DNA of 64,000 bases from a virus, in the IMG/VR virus record IMGVR_UViG_3300037189_015081, positions 32,001 through 96,000 of that record, one strand, 5' to 3'. How positions within the stretch are numbered: the first letter of the stretch is position 1; every line of letters starts with the position of its first letter. The notes beneath the pieces are model-generated. The model was not told the DNA's origin and did not search any database. It was given only the letters and a program-made list of their open reading frames with translations. Below, piece after piece: positions 24,439 to 33,909 of the stretch. The translations under genes were made by a program, and so were the position numbers.

Positions 24439-24632
24439 TGAGAGTCTCCCTTAATAAGCGCAAGAGCAAAACAGGCCGCGCAATCATCAATGTACATTTT
24501 CTTATCCCCTTGATGTTGCGCCGTGAACTCGCTATGCTCAGAATCAAGCAGCGCGATAATACGCTCACGTTCCATCCACTCACCAGTAGCAATCCCGAGC
24601 TGGTACGCGTCCTCGACGCTATCCCCTGTCAC
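24435..24632 (-). CDS. Hypothetical protein
   Basis: Coupled overlaps; ERERIIALL motif. Confidence 0.6.
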   Translation of the reverse strand: MTGDSVEDAYQLGIATGEWMERERIIALLDSEHSEFTAQHQGDKKMYIDDCAACFALALIKGDSQ

Positions 24633-25027
24633 TTCTCCATCCCGTACTTTGAATGATCAATCGAAAGATCAATACCCGCCAGGCGAAGCTCATTGATAAT
24701 CGCGTCAATGTTCCACTTAATCGCGTCACGCTGAACAGGCAGCATCAACCCGTAAAACTCTGGTTCACCAAACAACTCTTCAAGAACCCGGATCTCATAT
24801 TCCCCGGTTTTCTTATCGATCAAAAGATTAAAGGTAATGTCCTTACCAACAGACCTGGACAAATACCAGTGTGTACCTCGCTGGTCAATAAACCCGAGAT
24901 TGCGCATCTTATCCACTACCGGAGAATGCTTCTGTTGCTCAGCGTTCTCCCTTGTTTTCGCAAAAACACGAACCACGACGTATACGAGAAGTATACCAAT
25001 CGCTACAAAAATCATTTTCAGTCTCAC
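24629..25027 (-). CDS. Hypothetical protein with N-terminal TM helix
   Basis: Coupled overlaps. Confidence 0.55.
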   Translation of the reverse strand: MRLKMIFVAIGILLVYVVVRVFAKTRENAEQQKHSPVVDKMRNLGFIDQRGTHWYLSRSVGKDITFNLLIDKKTGEYEIRVLEELFGEPEFYGLMLPVQRDAIKWNIDAIINELRLAGIDLSIDHSKYGMEK

Positions 25028-25248
25028 TTAAACAGGTTACCCGGTACTCGGCTACCAGTGTTCACAATCTCGATGACACGAGAAAGACTAACAAGAAGCC
25101 ATTGCGCGTTTTCAAGCTCGAGTTCCTGTGCGTACTCGTCATTTAAATCCCGTACAATACGGTCACGCTCAAGCGCAACAGCGTCACAGGCGGGGCAGGT
25201 GTCCTCTTCCGAAAAGAAAACATTGTGTTTCTCGCAACTAGGATTCAC
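25024..25248 (-). CDS. Hypothetical protein
   Basis: C..H...CPAC and ERDRIV motifs. Confidence 0.55.
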   Translation of the reverse strand: MNPSCEKHNVFFSEEDTCPACDAVALERDRIVRDLNDEYAQELELENAQWLLVSLSRVIEIVNTGSRVPGNLFK

Positions 25249-25388
25249 TTTGGGTCGCCACCAATACGATCCTTGAGCGCGCTCTTCTCGTCATCGGTCA
25301 ACCATTTAACAGCGTCAAGTATTCGTAAAACACGTTCGCGTTCATGTTGAATACCCTGGCGGTATGCCCTTGTGTTCTTGTTCTCCAC
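25245..25388 (-). CDS. Small hypothetical protein
   Basis: GTG start with RBS; ERERVLRIL; overlaps the next start. Not in the ORF track. Confidence 0.5.
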   Translation of the reverse strand: MENKNTRAYRQGIQHERERVLRILDAVKWLTDDEKSALKDRIGGDPK

Positions 25389-25446
25389 CTTACACCTCTT
25401 CTCCTTGGATCAATGTTTACCCGTTACGCGGGTGCGCAAAGGGAAC

Positions 25447-25719
25447 CTAGTCATCACCCTGTCGACGTGACAGGAGCAACATTGCGTGTTTAAACCCTGC
25501 CTCAAATGAAACCTTGTCAACGTTCAAAGGGAGACAGTTATCGTCGTGCACATGCGCCTCGGTTTCCTCGAGAATATCGAGACCACGTAGACGACCGCGA
25601 ACAACACCCTGGTAGTGCGCGTAGTGTAATACCTCGTTAAACACGCTCTCAAGGAGTTCACGATGCGACCGGTCCAGGTTCTTAAACTTGAAACCGTACC
25701 TGTTCTTTTTCTTTGTCAC
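25447..25719 (-). CDS. Hypothetical protein
   Basis: Coupled overlap with the upstream gene. Confidence 0.55.
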   Translation of the reverse strand: MTKKKNRYGFKFKNLDRSHRELLESVFNEVLHYAHYQGVVRGRLRGLDILEETEAHVHDDNCLPLNVDKVSFEAGFKHAMLLLSRRQGDD

Positions 25720-26021
25720 TGGGTACCTGCCAGTTTTCGTTCAACGTACTCGATACCACGCTGATGAGCGGCAAGGGCGTCATCGAGTGTGTGGGTGCGC
25801 TCAACCCAGTCGTCCTGGAAATCACTGTCGGGTGGGAAAACCATTGTCTCAAAGATCAATGGTTTCTTATGCTTACCCCAGTCGTCGATACCAAGCCAGA
25901 CCGTTGAGACAAACCAGCCGTCGATCTTCTTGGATGCAACATGGCGATACTCCTGGTCACTGAACAACTCAAGGAGCTTTTCCCGGGTAATCGGTTTACC
26001 TGTTTTGTCGAAGTACTTCAC
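25716..26021 (-). CDS. Conserved phage hypothetical protein
   Basis: VSTVWLGID...PLIFETMVF...ALAAH pattern. Confidence 0.7.
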   Translation of the reverse strand: MKYFDKTGKPITREKLLELFSDQEYRHVASKKIDGWFVSTVWLGIDDWGKHKKPLIFETMVFPPDSDFQDDWVERTHTLDDALAAHQRGIEYVERKLAGTQ

Positions 26022-26042
26022 TGCGTCACTGCCTTTCCTATG

Positions 26043-26501
26043 CTACGCGTTTGCCCGAATAGCTGCGCGCTGTACACCGAAATAGAGAGGTTGCGATGAG
26101 GACAGGCCGAGACCCTTCGCGATCTTTGCAAGGGAAACACCGTTCTCATACTCGAGTGCGAGCTGGTCGTGGTACGCCTCTGGTCCTTGAAGCTTTGCCT
26201 CGCGAATACGCTCAATGGCGAGCTCGGTTTCCTCCGGGGTTGCACGTGAACGTGAACGATTTGGCAGGGCGGGTAGTTCACTTGTCATAACGCGCCGACG
26301 CAACCCAGCGTATGTTACGCCGAGTTCCTTTGCCATGGCGACAAGGCTACCACCCTTATCCGTGTATTCAACGAGAAGTCGAGTGTATTCGCGGCTGGCC
26401 TCATGCTCGGGTGTTACATGCGTACGTGAACCATACGCCCGTTTTGCGAGTGGGAGAAGACGCTCAAGCTGCGCGCCATACTCGCTAACAAGGTCAGTCA
26501 T
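26043..26501 (-). CDS. Double-HTH DNA-binding protein
   Basis: SLVAMAKELGVTYAGLRRR and VSLAKIAKGLGLSS; GAAAGGA RBS. Confidence 0.75.
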   Translation of the reverse strand: MTDLVSEYGAQLERLLPLAKRAYGSRTHVTPEHEASREYTRLLVEYTDKGGSLVAMAKELGVTYAGLRRRVMTSELPALPNRSRSRATPEETELAIERIREAKLQGPEAYHDQLALEYENGVSLAKIAKGLGLSSSQPLYFGVQRAAIRANA

Positions 26502-26525
26502 TGTGTTGTTGTTCCTTTCAGTTGC

Positions 26526-26867
26526 CTAGTCGACGAGAATGTCAACAAGGATTTTCAGTGTTTTTACAGAGAATAGTTGCACCGTGACAAGTGCGCGTAA
26601 CGCGGTTTCGATCGAGGATATAAAGGTACCAGTTACCTTGTGGTTGACCGGGTCCTCAAGAGTGAACACACCGGTTGCGCCCCTAGCGGCGCTTGATGGT
26701 TCAAATGTTAGTGAACCAAGGTCAACACCGGCGCATGGTAGCGATAACCCGTCAATGGCGAGTGATATTGCCTGTTGGGCTATTTCCTCGTCGACACCGG
26801 TAACGGTGACGTGTACAGTGTACAAGGGTGTCTCCTTTGTAATTGTCCTTACGTGATCCCCCTGCAA
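26526..26867 (-). CDS. Hypothetical protein
   Basis: TATAAT just upstream; start uncertain. Confidence 0.5.
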   Translation of the reverse strand: MQGDHVRTITKETPLYTVHVTVTGVDEEIAQQAISLAIDGLSLPCAGVDLGSLTFEPSSAARGATGVFTLEDPVNHKVTGTFISSIETALRALVTVQLFSVKTLKILVDILVD

Positions 26868-26904
26868 AAACCATTATATACGTGGTTTATGCTTTTTGGT
26901 ACAA

Positions 26905-27171
26905 CTACCGGTACCTGTCGTCATCCTCGTCACGGTCATGAAGCGGGTCAGGGTCCATGAATGGTCCAACATCGCGCCAAGCGATCTCGCGGGTGCGCAG
27001 CGTAAGCTCCTGTGCCGCGGCGGTAATGTCCTCTGAAAGGAGCATCAGGTCAACCCGGTCATCAACGGTTTCAGGGTCGTTGACGCGTTCATTGAGTACA
27101 TTGAGCGTGTTGAGTACCGTGCGCATTGCGCGCATGGTGCGTTCAGTGCGCACTTCTCGGTCCATGTCCAT
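26905..27171 (-). CDS. Hypothetical protein (MDMDREVRTER...)
   Basis: Leaderless TACGAT-N6-ATG at 27171. The upstream extension in the ORF track merely crosses tandem repeats. Confidence 0.6.
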   Translation of the reverse strand: MDMDREVRTERTMRAMRTVLNTLNVLNERVNDPETVDDRVDLMLLSEDITAAAQELTLRTREIAWRDVGPFMDPDPLHDRDEDDDRYR

Positions 27172-27212
27172 GTGTACATCGTACATTGCGGTGTAGAAAC
27201 CGAGTGGTCTTT

Positions 27213-27293
27213 TCTTGCGTATCTTGCGTATCTTGCGTATCTTGCGTTTTGTCCGGCGTTCTGTCTTGCGTGTATCCTGCGCGTATCCTGCGT
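27213..27293. repeat. 9-bp tandem repeat TCTTGCGTA (x4) plus degenerate copies
   Basis: Copies at 27213, 27222, 27231 and 27240; variants near 27264-27293. Confidence 0.9.
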
Positions 27294-27402
27294 TTAGGCG
27301 CCGGGCGGGCACCCTGGAACACGGCGCGGCGGGGTGTGAAACTCTGGCGGGCAGGCTAAAAGCGGAGGCGGCGGAGGGAGAAAAGGGGAGAGTTTTTTGA
27401 CA

Positions 27403-27552
27403 AAAACGCTTAGTACCTGAAAGGTCATGCGAAAACACGGCGGGTCAGTACTAAGCGAAAAAGAGGGAGACGAAGAGAAAAAACGCTTAGTATCAAGGGC
27501 AAGGGTACTAAGAAAGAAGAGTGAAGAAAAAACAGTTTAGGCGCTTAGTACT
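27403..27552. repeat. Iteron-like CGCTTAGTA repeats in both orientations
   Basis: Direct copies near 27407, 27484 and 27542; inverted GTACTAAG near 27448 and 27505. Confidence 0.75.
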
Positions 27553-27563
27553 ATAAAAAAACT

Positions 27564-27663
27564 ATACATGAATAGCTGAATACTGGATTATTTCTAGTTT
27601 ACGTGTATACACCTAGGCAGGGGCCCTTAACTAAAAATAGTTCAGTATCCAACTATTGTGTAT
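27564..27663. repeat. AT-rich imperfect inverted repeat with arms of about 35 bp
   Basis: ATACATGAATAGCTGAATACTGGATTATTTCTAGTT versus AACTAAAAATAGTTCAGTATCCAACTATTGTGTAT. Confidence 0.8.
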
Positions 27664-27731
27664 TTTAGGTATCTTTTTGTTCGTATAGTCTCAGCTTTCC
27701 TGTTACAGTATAAACAACCGAAAGGAACACC

Positions 27732-28187
27732 ATGACGCAAAACAACCCATTCTCAGCATTCGACTTCACACTCGAGGAAGCGCTCAAGATCGACGCTGAA
27801 CTCACATCACGCAAACCAAGAGACGGACGCATCTGCAGCTGCGGTCACGCCGCTGCGCGACATGACGTCACAAGCGGAGTCGTCTACTGCAAACCATCAA
27901 GACTCGAATGTAACTGCCGCGCACTAAAGGTAGTACTCGAATCAGATGACGTACGACCCTTCCTGAGAAAAACCGAGGGCGCAGGTGCACTACACGCACT
28001 CGGTCGAGGAACAGCGGCAGCACTCAAAAAAGGTATCCACTTTGAGTGGGTCATTGAGCCAGTATGCGAACGCTGCAAAACACCAGGACCAATCAGCCCG
28101 GTACCAGTAACCAAAAACGGTATCGCCGCTCGCGAGGATACCGGGTACAATGTGCTACTCTGCGCAACGTGCAGAACAGAGGTCTAA
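27732..28187 (+). CDS. Cys-rich Zn-binding protein
   Basis: CSCGH, C...C.C, CERC and CATC motifs; GAAAGGA RBS. Confidence 0.75.
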   Translation: MTQNNPFSAFDFTLEEALKIDAELTSRKPRDGRICSCGHAAARHDVTSGVVYCKPSRLECNCRALKVVLESDDVRPFLRKTEGAGALHALGRGTAAALKKGIHFEWVIEPVCERCKTPGPISPVPVTKNGIAAREDTGYNVLLCATCRTEV

Positions 28188-28405
28188 TGGTACATGAGAT
28201 AAGAAAAATCCGTGACGGGTTATCCGCGTGCCCATGGTGGGTAAAAATCGTTGTCGCGCTCGGTATCCTGTACCTGCTAAACCCGATCGACCTGATCCCA
28301 GACTTCATACCAGTAATCGGAGTAATGGACGACGTCGCACTCGTCCTGGTACTCTCAAACCTAGTGAGGAAATATGCTGACACCAAAGATGCAACAAAAC
28401 TTTGA
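28187..28405 (+). CDS. DUF1232/YkvA-like membrane protein
   Basis: YLLNPIDLIPDFIPVIGVMDD. Confidence 0.85.
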   Translation: MVHEIRKIRDGLSACPWWVKIVVALGILYLLNPIDLIPDFIPVIGVMDDVALVLVLSNLVRKYADTKDATKL

Positions 28406-29048
28406 CGTGCTAATCGCAACACCAGGAAGAATGCTGCACGCCGAATACGTGCAGTCCCTTGTCGAAACCTGTGCAGCACTCGACCAGCAACACATCACAT
28501 ACAAGTTCCTGAACAAATACTCGAGCCTTGTTGCGTCCGCTCGTGAACTCACAATCCTGGACTCGTACTCACATGAGTACGGACGGGTCAATGAGGTTGC
28601 GTCCGGGAAATACAAGTACAAGAAGATCATGTGGATCGACTCGGATATCTCATGGGAACCGCACGAGTTTCTGAGACTCTACCAGAGCGACAAGGACATC
28701 ATCGGTGGACTCTATCAGACGGGTCCAGACGGAACGGTCGCCGTGTCAATGAACGACAAAAACGGGAACCCGAGATTTGTGAACAAGAGCGAGTTCATCC
28801 TTGACGCTGAACCGATCAAGGTAGACGGGTTAGGTTTCGGCTTCCTGTGTGTCGGTGCAGGTGTCTTTGAAAAGATGCAGCGACCATGGTTCAAGACGAG
28901 AACAATGCAGTGGCCGGACGTTCCATACGAGACTGATATGGGTGAGGACTACTCCTGGTGTGTTGGCGCCAAGGATGCTGGTTTCGATATTTGGCTCGAC
29001 CCGCTTGTGAATGTTGAGCACCACAAGGAAACCATCTACATGATATAA
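28389..29048 (+). CDS. GT-A fold glycosyltransferase
   Basis: VLIATP, MWIDSDI (DxD), GFGFL and GEDYSWC...H motifs. Confidence 0.8.
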   Translation: MQQNFDVLIATPGRMLHAEYVQSLVETCAALDQQHITYKFLNKYSSLVASARELTILDSYSHEYGRVNEVASGKYKYKKIMWIDSDISWEPHEFLRLYQSDKDIIGGLYQTGPDGTVAVSMNDKNGNPRFVNKSEFILDAEPIKVDGLGFGFLCVGAGVFEKMQRPWFKTRTMQWPDVPYETDMGEDYSWCVGAKDAGFDIWLDPLVNVEHHKETIYMI

Positions 29049-29055
29049 TAGAATC

Positions 29056-29430
29056 ATGAATGACGAACAAGAGCTGACCGCTGAGGCGGAGGCAAAAACC
29101 GAACCGACAAAACCAATCAAACCACGACGCACATCAAATGACGACCCTGCCGGGTACAAAGGTGGACGACGCGTAACACGCCAATCCCGATGCGGATGGT
29201 GCATGGACGACCTGCACGAAAAATGCAAACACGAAATCGCGCACTTCGACAAGCTCAGCATTTGCGCCTGCGACTGCAACAATGACTGGACACCACGCGA
29301 CCTTGGTAGCGGTGAAATCATCGACACTCCACGACCAGCAGTCGAGGACTTGGACAGCGAAGACGATGATGAAACCCAGGAACCAGCAGCATCCAAGCCA
29401 CACACCGTGAGACGCAAGACGACGCACTAA
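29056..29430 (+). CDS. Zn-binding hypothetical protein
   Basis: TGATATAAT-N6-ATG start; CGWC...H..C...CACDC. Confidence 0.7.
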   Translation: MNDEQELTAEAEAKTEPTKPIKPRRTSNDDPAGYKGGRRVTRQSRCGWCMDDLHEKCKHEIAHFDKLSICACDCNNDWTPRDLGSGEIIDTPRPAVEDLDSEDDDETQEPAASKPHTVRRKTTH

Positions 29431-29607
29431 CGCGAGCAGTTATATACTTCTGTTTCTGAGGAGCCGAAACGGCCTCCCTGTCTCCCCTCTTTGCGCCAGA
29501 ACCCTTGGAGTGTCCGCGTTTTTTCGTTTTGTACAACTCGGGTGTTTTCGTGGTGTGAGTGTCTTCTTACCCTCCTCACCTTCCCGTGACCCTGGTACAC
29601 TGGTGGC

Positions 29608-30528
29608 ATGACAGAGCTGCGTAGTTTGTTTGGTGAACCTGAGGATGAGACCCCTGAGGTTCGCATTGATGAACCCGTGAATCTTCGCCCTGATCTTTCG
29701 GAGATCGGGATCGAGGAGGTGGAGCGTGGCGTGTGTGAGGACACGTACGAGAACCGCGGGATTCTTCGTCGTGCGAAGATGGGTTGGGACACGGTGTACT
29801 CCACGAATGGTGTACCGACCGGGTTGATCATGGCTCGCAGTTACGCGATGAACAAGGAGCGTCGTCTTCTTTCGCTCGCGGAGAAGAAACCTTTGCTGGT
29901 GGACCCGGATCATTTGAACTCTGATTACCTGACGGGTCTTGACCTGGTAGCGGAGGAGGCATCGGATTACCTGGTTCCACCTTGGGTTATTGGTGCGACA
30001 CGGATGTGGATCAAGGAGCAGGATGATCCGATCGCGACGGAGAAGCGGAAGCCAACGGCTTTACCTCATCGTTGTCGGGCGATCAAGGATGACGGGATCC
30101 GGTGTATGCTCTGGTCATCTGGTCGTCCAAAGGATGATGGTTTGTGCCGGATCCATCTTCGCCATGTGAATAAGCGACCGGGTGATGATATTGAGCGTGC
30201 CCGTGCGCGTTTGACGCAGGCTGCGCCTCACGCGGTTGATACCCTTGAGGAGCTGATGATCTACGCGACCTCGGAGCCGGTGAAGTTGAAGGCGGCGACG
30301 GAGATCCTGGATCGTGCTGGTGTTCGCGGCGGTGTGGAGTTTGACGCGAACGTGAAGGTGATGGATGCTCGACCGGCGGCACAGGTTATCGCGGAGCGTT
30401 TGCAGCGTCTTGCTGCTCCTGCCCTTGACGCGGCGGTTGATCTTGTCGGGGATGGAGTCACTGAAAACGGATCGGAACCTAATATCATTGACGCTGTGGT
30501 CATTGACTCCACAGAGGAGAACGGGTAA
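29608..30528 (+). CDS. Probable terminase small subunit
   Basis: RC.A...G.RC...LCRIH finger, then ARARL..AAPHAVDTL...VKLKAATEILDRAG, as in actinophage TerS-like proteins; leaderless start. Confidence 0.55.
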   Translation: MTELRSLFGEPEDETPEVRIDEPVNLRPDLSEIGIEEVERGVCEDTYENRGILRRAKMGWDTVYSTNGVPTGLIMARSYAMNKERRLLSLAEKKPLLVDPDHLNSDYLTGLDLVAEEASDYLVPPWVIGATRMWIKEQDDPIATEKRKPTALPHRCRAIKDDGIRCMLWSSGRPKDDGLCRIHLRHVNKRPGDDIERARARLTQAAPHAVDTLEELMIYATSEPVKLKAATEILDRAGVRGGVEFDANVKVMDARPAAQVIAERLQRLAAPALDAAVDLVGDGVTENGSEPNIIDAVVIDSTEENG

Positions 30529-30690
30529 ATGGAACTTGATGGTGTTATCGCGGCTGCGGAAAAGGTTGCTGCCGGGTTGGAACGGGATGTTCAATTGGCG
30601 TCTACGCGCGAGGAGCATGTCCGGTTGACGGCTCGCTGGAACGAGGCCGTTGCCCTGGTGAATTTGCTCGTGGCGAATCAGCCGTCCTGA
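30529..30690 (+). CDS. Small helical hypothetical protein
   Basis: Abuts the upstream stop, with GAGGAG RBS. Not in the ORF track. Confidence 0.6.
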   Translation: MELDGVIAAAEKVAAGLERDVQLASTREEHVRLTARWNEAVALVNLLVANQPS

Positions 30691-30702
30691 TAGTATAAAC
30701 GT

Positions 30703-31479
30703 ATGTTTAAAGTGACGAATCGCACGGCCGTGTCCTTTCTGGAAGAGGCACGGGCGCAACTCGGGTACGTGGCTCGCCCGAACCGGGATAGTTTTTACGG
30801 TGGTCAGGTCGGGTATCAGAATCTCCCGTGGGACGGGTCGTTTATTGACGTTGTAGCACGGGTGGCCGGGGTATCGGACCGGGTGCCAGCGTGCGCGTAT
30901 AGCCCGAACGGGCTTGCCGGGTTTGTACGGGACGGGCGAGTGTACCCGAATCCGCAGCCCGGGGACGTCGTGTTTTTTACCTTTTCAACGGGCGCGAATT
31001 TTGAGGCTCCGCATGTGGGGATCGTGTCCGATGTTTCAGCCTGGCGAACACACCGGGTGTTTAAATCCATTGAGGGCATGGTTGCGTCGGGTAACCCGAA
31101 GGGTATTCCGACGAATGACGGGGTTTATGAGCGTGTTCGCTACGCGCATGAGGTGCTTGCTTTTGGACGCCCAGCCTGGGGGCGCAAAATAAGCTACCGG
31201 GTGACGGGTGATGTTTTACCTAAACCCGTGAAGTTTACGCATGTTCAGCCCGGGAACCGGAAACCTTTGCGTGCTGTGCGTCTGGTTCAGGACGCGTTGG
31301 CCTTGACGGTTGGGCTTGAAGGTTTTAGTGACGGGGTGTTTGACCCTGTTACGCGTTCCGGGTACGCGTCATGGCAACGATTGTTGGGGTATGTGGGTTC
31401 GGATGCGAATGGTGTACCTGACATGGAGTCATTGACCTTGCTTGGTTCGCGTACCGGGTTGTTTAGTGTTGCCCAGTGA
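30703..31479 (+). CDS. CHAP-like domain plus PG-binding-like domain; catalytic Cys absent
   Basis: ARAQLGY, PWDGSFI, PQPGDVVFF, HVGIV and SIEG motifs; C-terminal VQDAL...DGVF...T...WQR.LG...ANGVP. Confidence 0.7.
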   Translation: MFKVTNRTAVSFLEEARAQLGYVARPNRDSFYGGQVGYQNLPWDGSFIDVVARVAGVSDRVPACAYSPNGLAGFVRDGRVYPNPQPGDVVFFTFSTGANFEAPHVGIVSDVSAWRTHRVFKSIEGMVASGNPKGIPTNDGVYERVRYAHEVLAFGRPAWGRKISYRVTGDVLPKPVKFTHVQPGNRKPLRAVRLVQDALALTVGLEGFSDGVFDPVTRSGYASWQRLLGYVGSDANGVPDMESLTLLGSRTGLFSVAQ

Positions 31480-31668
31480 ACTAGAACTGGAGTGGACTTA
31501 TGGACAGCTTCTAACTTCCCTGTGGGGTTACTAGGAAGTTGGTTTCGTGTCGCTGGCGCGTGTTATATAAATCCATGATATAACTGGCGCAAATTCCGCA
31601 AACACCTGATATAATTCTGTTATGGCGTTGCAACCCAGCATGCCTGTTGACGGAAGTGATATCACTAC

Positions 31669-32238
31669 ATGACAAATACCAAGATCGGATTCCACGAATC
31701 CCTTTTGAAGCGCAAGCGCGAGGCCGACGAGTTTCGCTCAATTGTTTTTGACGCGATCCTTGAGATCGGGCAGCCCGTGACGGTTGCCGAGGTTCAGGCG
31801 TATGTCGGGCAGGAACTCAACCGTGAGTTCAATCAGCCTCGCATTCGCTACGCCTTTGACGCGCTTGTCCTTGAAGGGAAACTTATTCACCGTAAGGAAA
31901 CCGCACAGGAGCGGGTGCTCCGTTTCAACGGGCGTACCCCGGTTGCGGGTGCGGCTGAGCTGTACTATCCGGCGCACATCTCCGGGATTGTCCCAGCCCG
32001 CACGGCGGTGAGCGTGGTACCGGGTGTCGAGTTGACGGGTCCGCTTGGAGCCCGTGGTCGTAAGCCGGGTTCGAAAAACAAGTCGAAGCACGCGAAGCCC
32101 TCTGCGGGTTCGGTTTTTGACGGGCTTGCCTTTGATCTTCTCGTGGAGAAGCTTGTTGAAGCCCGCCACGCGGATCTCATTGCTGAGAACACCGGGTTGA
32201 AGAAGCAGCTCGCGGAAATCCGTAAACTCGTTTCATAG
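31669..32238 (+). CDS. Winged-helix-like DNA-binding protein with AT-hook-like motif and C-terminal coiled coil
   Basis: PVTVAEVQAYV...PRIRYAFDALVLEGKL and RGRKPGSKNK. Confidence 0.65.
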   Translation: MTNTKIGFHESLLKRKREADEFRSIVFDAILEIGQPVTVAEVQAYVGQELNREFNQPRIRYAFDALVLEGKLIHRKETAQERVLRFNGRTPVAGAAELYYPAHISGIVPARTAVSVVPGVELTGPLGARGRKPGSKNKSKHAKPSAGSVFDGLAFDLLVEKLVEARHADLIAENTGLKKQLAEIRKLVS

Positions 32239-32460
32239 CCTGCCTAGCCCGGGGGAGCGTTTACCGGGCGGGTGACGGGTCGACTCCAGTGCCAGTGGCA
32301 TTGGAGTCACACTCGTTTCTAAAACTGGTCACTTTTTTGAAGTGTAGCCTGGGGAGTACTAATAAGCCCGACGGGCGCGTTTTTTGAAGTGTAGCCTGGG
32401 CAGGGGTTTATAAGGCGCTGCCGGGCTGGTTTTTCAGGTCTGCTGCGAAGTCCTCGCAGG
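32237..32460. repeat. Non-coding repeat element with hairpin and 21-bp direct repeat
   Basis: TTTTTTGAAGTGTAGCCTGGG at 32333 and 32380; hairpin GACTCCAGTGCCA-G-TGGCATTGGAGTC; its first 20 bp recur at 39247. Confidence 0.8.
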
Positions 32461-32566
32461 TTAAGCCAGCTTCCTGGTGGGTACACGGAAGAGGCTTGAT
32501 GCTACCCCATCCCGATCCGAAACCGTGCCTGATATAATTGACACGTATCCAACCCAAGGAGGAAAA

Positions 32567-32740
32567 ATGGCAAAGTACAAGATCTACGCAACCAAGACGA
32601 TTACGCTTGAGGCGATCGTCGATGCTGAAAACGAATTCGAGGCATGGACTGCTTCGGATGAGCTCATCACCGATGACTTCGATCAGGTCAACACCGTGTT
32701 CAAGATCGATGAGATCGTGTTCCAAGATCACCTGATATAA
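32567..32740 (+). CDS. Cassette gene, hypothetical
   Basis: AGGAGG RBS; the stop codon lies inside the next motif copy. Confidence 0.7.
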   Translation: MAKYKIYATKTITLEAIVDAENEFEAWTASDELITDDFDQVNTVFKIDEIVFQDHLI

Positions 32741-32795
32741 TAGATATTGCTTCACAAGAGGCAAAATCCGAATGACGAAACGAAACGAGGACAAC

Positions 32796-32990
32796 ATGGA
32801 TCCTTTTGAGTGTGAAATCGAAGGCTGCTTCAACTCAGCCATGCAGGACGCAACACTTTCCAGTGAAACCGAGGGCGATGAAACCCTGCAGCTCTGTGAC
32901 GAGTGTCTCGAGTTCTTCAAGGAAGAGCTCGAGTATGAGATCGTCAAGATCGAACGCTACAACTCGACGTGGACAGGCGACTCCGAATAG
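32796..32990 (+). CDS. Cassette gene, acidic Cys-containing protein
   Basis: GAGG RBS; CEIEGC...LCDEC. Confidence 0.65.
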   Translation: MDPFECEIEGCFNSAMQDATLSSETEGDETLQLCDECLEFFKEELEYEIVKIERYNSTWTGDSE

Positions 32991-33062
32991 ATACCTGATA
33001 TAATTAGATATATCAACGCGGAAACCCAAAATCCGCAATCCGAACGACGAAAGGAAACGCCC

Positions 33063-33377
33063 ATGGACGTTACCATCACCTCAGATAAAGAACGCGCCTG
33101 GTCCAAATTCAAGTCGACCAAGTACGACCACCCCTACCGTGAGAGCCGCGTGTTCGTCGACTTTGGCGAGAACGTGTGGGAACACCTGCAGAACCGCAGG
33201 AACCGTCCCTACACGACGCTCAAGCCTCTCATCGCTGCCGCACTTCGTGAGCGCGGCATTCCCTTCACCAAGCTCTCATGGAACCGCTATGCGGGATGCG
33301 GCATGTGCCCCTGCTCCGGTGGGTTCATCATCGAGGGTGGACAGACTGGCCACGACCTCTGGGTCGCGGTCTCCTAA
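33063..33377 (+). CDS. Cassette gene, hypothetical
   Basis: Motif plus ACGACGAAAGGA leader; WNRYAGCGMCPCSGGF. Confidence 0.75.
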   Translation: MDVTITSDKERAWSKFKSTKYDHPYRESRVFVDFGENVWEHLQNRRNRPYTTLKPLIAAALRERGIPFTKLSWNRYAGCGMCPCSGGFIIEGGQTGHDLWVAVS

Positions 33378-33480
33378 ACCAGGCGCCAGGTCGCGCATCC
33401 CCCCAGTGCGGCCTGGCACCTGATATAATTAGAACATAGCAACACCAACCCAATATCCGTAACGACGAAAGGAGTCCATC

Positions 33481-33909
33481 ATGGGCTACTACGTAAAGAT
33501 CAAAGAATCCACATTCCGAATTCCCGCCGCAAACCTCGACGCAGCACTTGTCGAGCTCAAGGCACTCAACCACAAGCCAGACGTCGAAAAGCACGGTGGC
33601 CACTTCAACAAGGATGGCGCCAAGGACGTTCGCTGGTTCTCGTGGATGCCGGAAGATTACGACAAGCACGTCAAGACCGCTGAAGAGGTTTTCGTTCTTC
33701 TCGGTTTCGAGTGCGAACAGGACCCGGCGACTGGTGATCTTCTCATCACCGACTACGACAATAAGACGGGTCAGGAGGAGCTCTTCCTTGACGCGGTCAA
33801 GAACCTGGTCAATCCAGACTCGTTCATCACCTGGATGGGTGAGGAAGGCGAGATGTGGCGCTGGACTCCTGAAGGAGTCTGGGAACCCGTCATCAGCTGG
33901 CGCAAATAA
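33481..33909 (+). CDS. Cassette gene, hypothetical
   Basis: Motif plus leader; MGY start; W.GEEGE.WRW. Confidence 0.75.
   Translation: MGYYVKIKESTFRIPAANLDAALVELKALNHKPDVEKHGGHFNKDGAKDVRWFSWMPEDYDKHVKTAEEVFVLLGFECEQDPATGDLLITDYDNKTGQEELFLDAVKNLVNPDSFITWMGEEGEMWRWTPEGVWEPVISWRK

Noticed and set aside
27172-27438. N-terminal extension of ORF 26905-27438 (RKIRKIRKIRK)
   Set aside because: It is the translation of the 9-bp tandem repeat. A leaderless start at 27171 explains the gene better.
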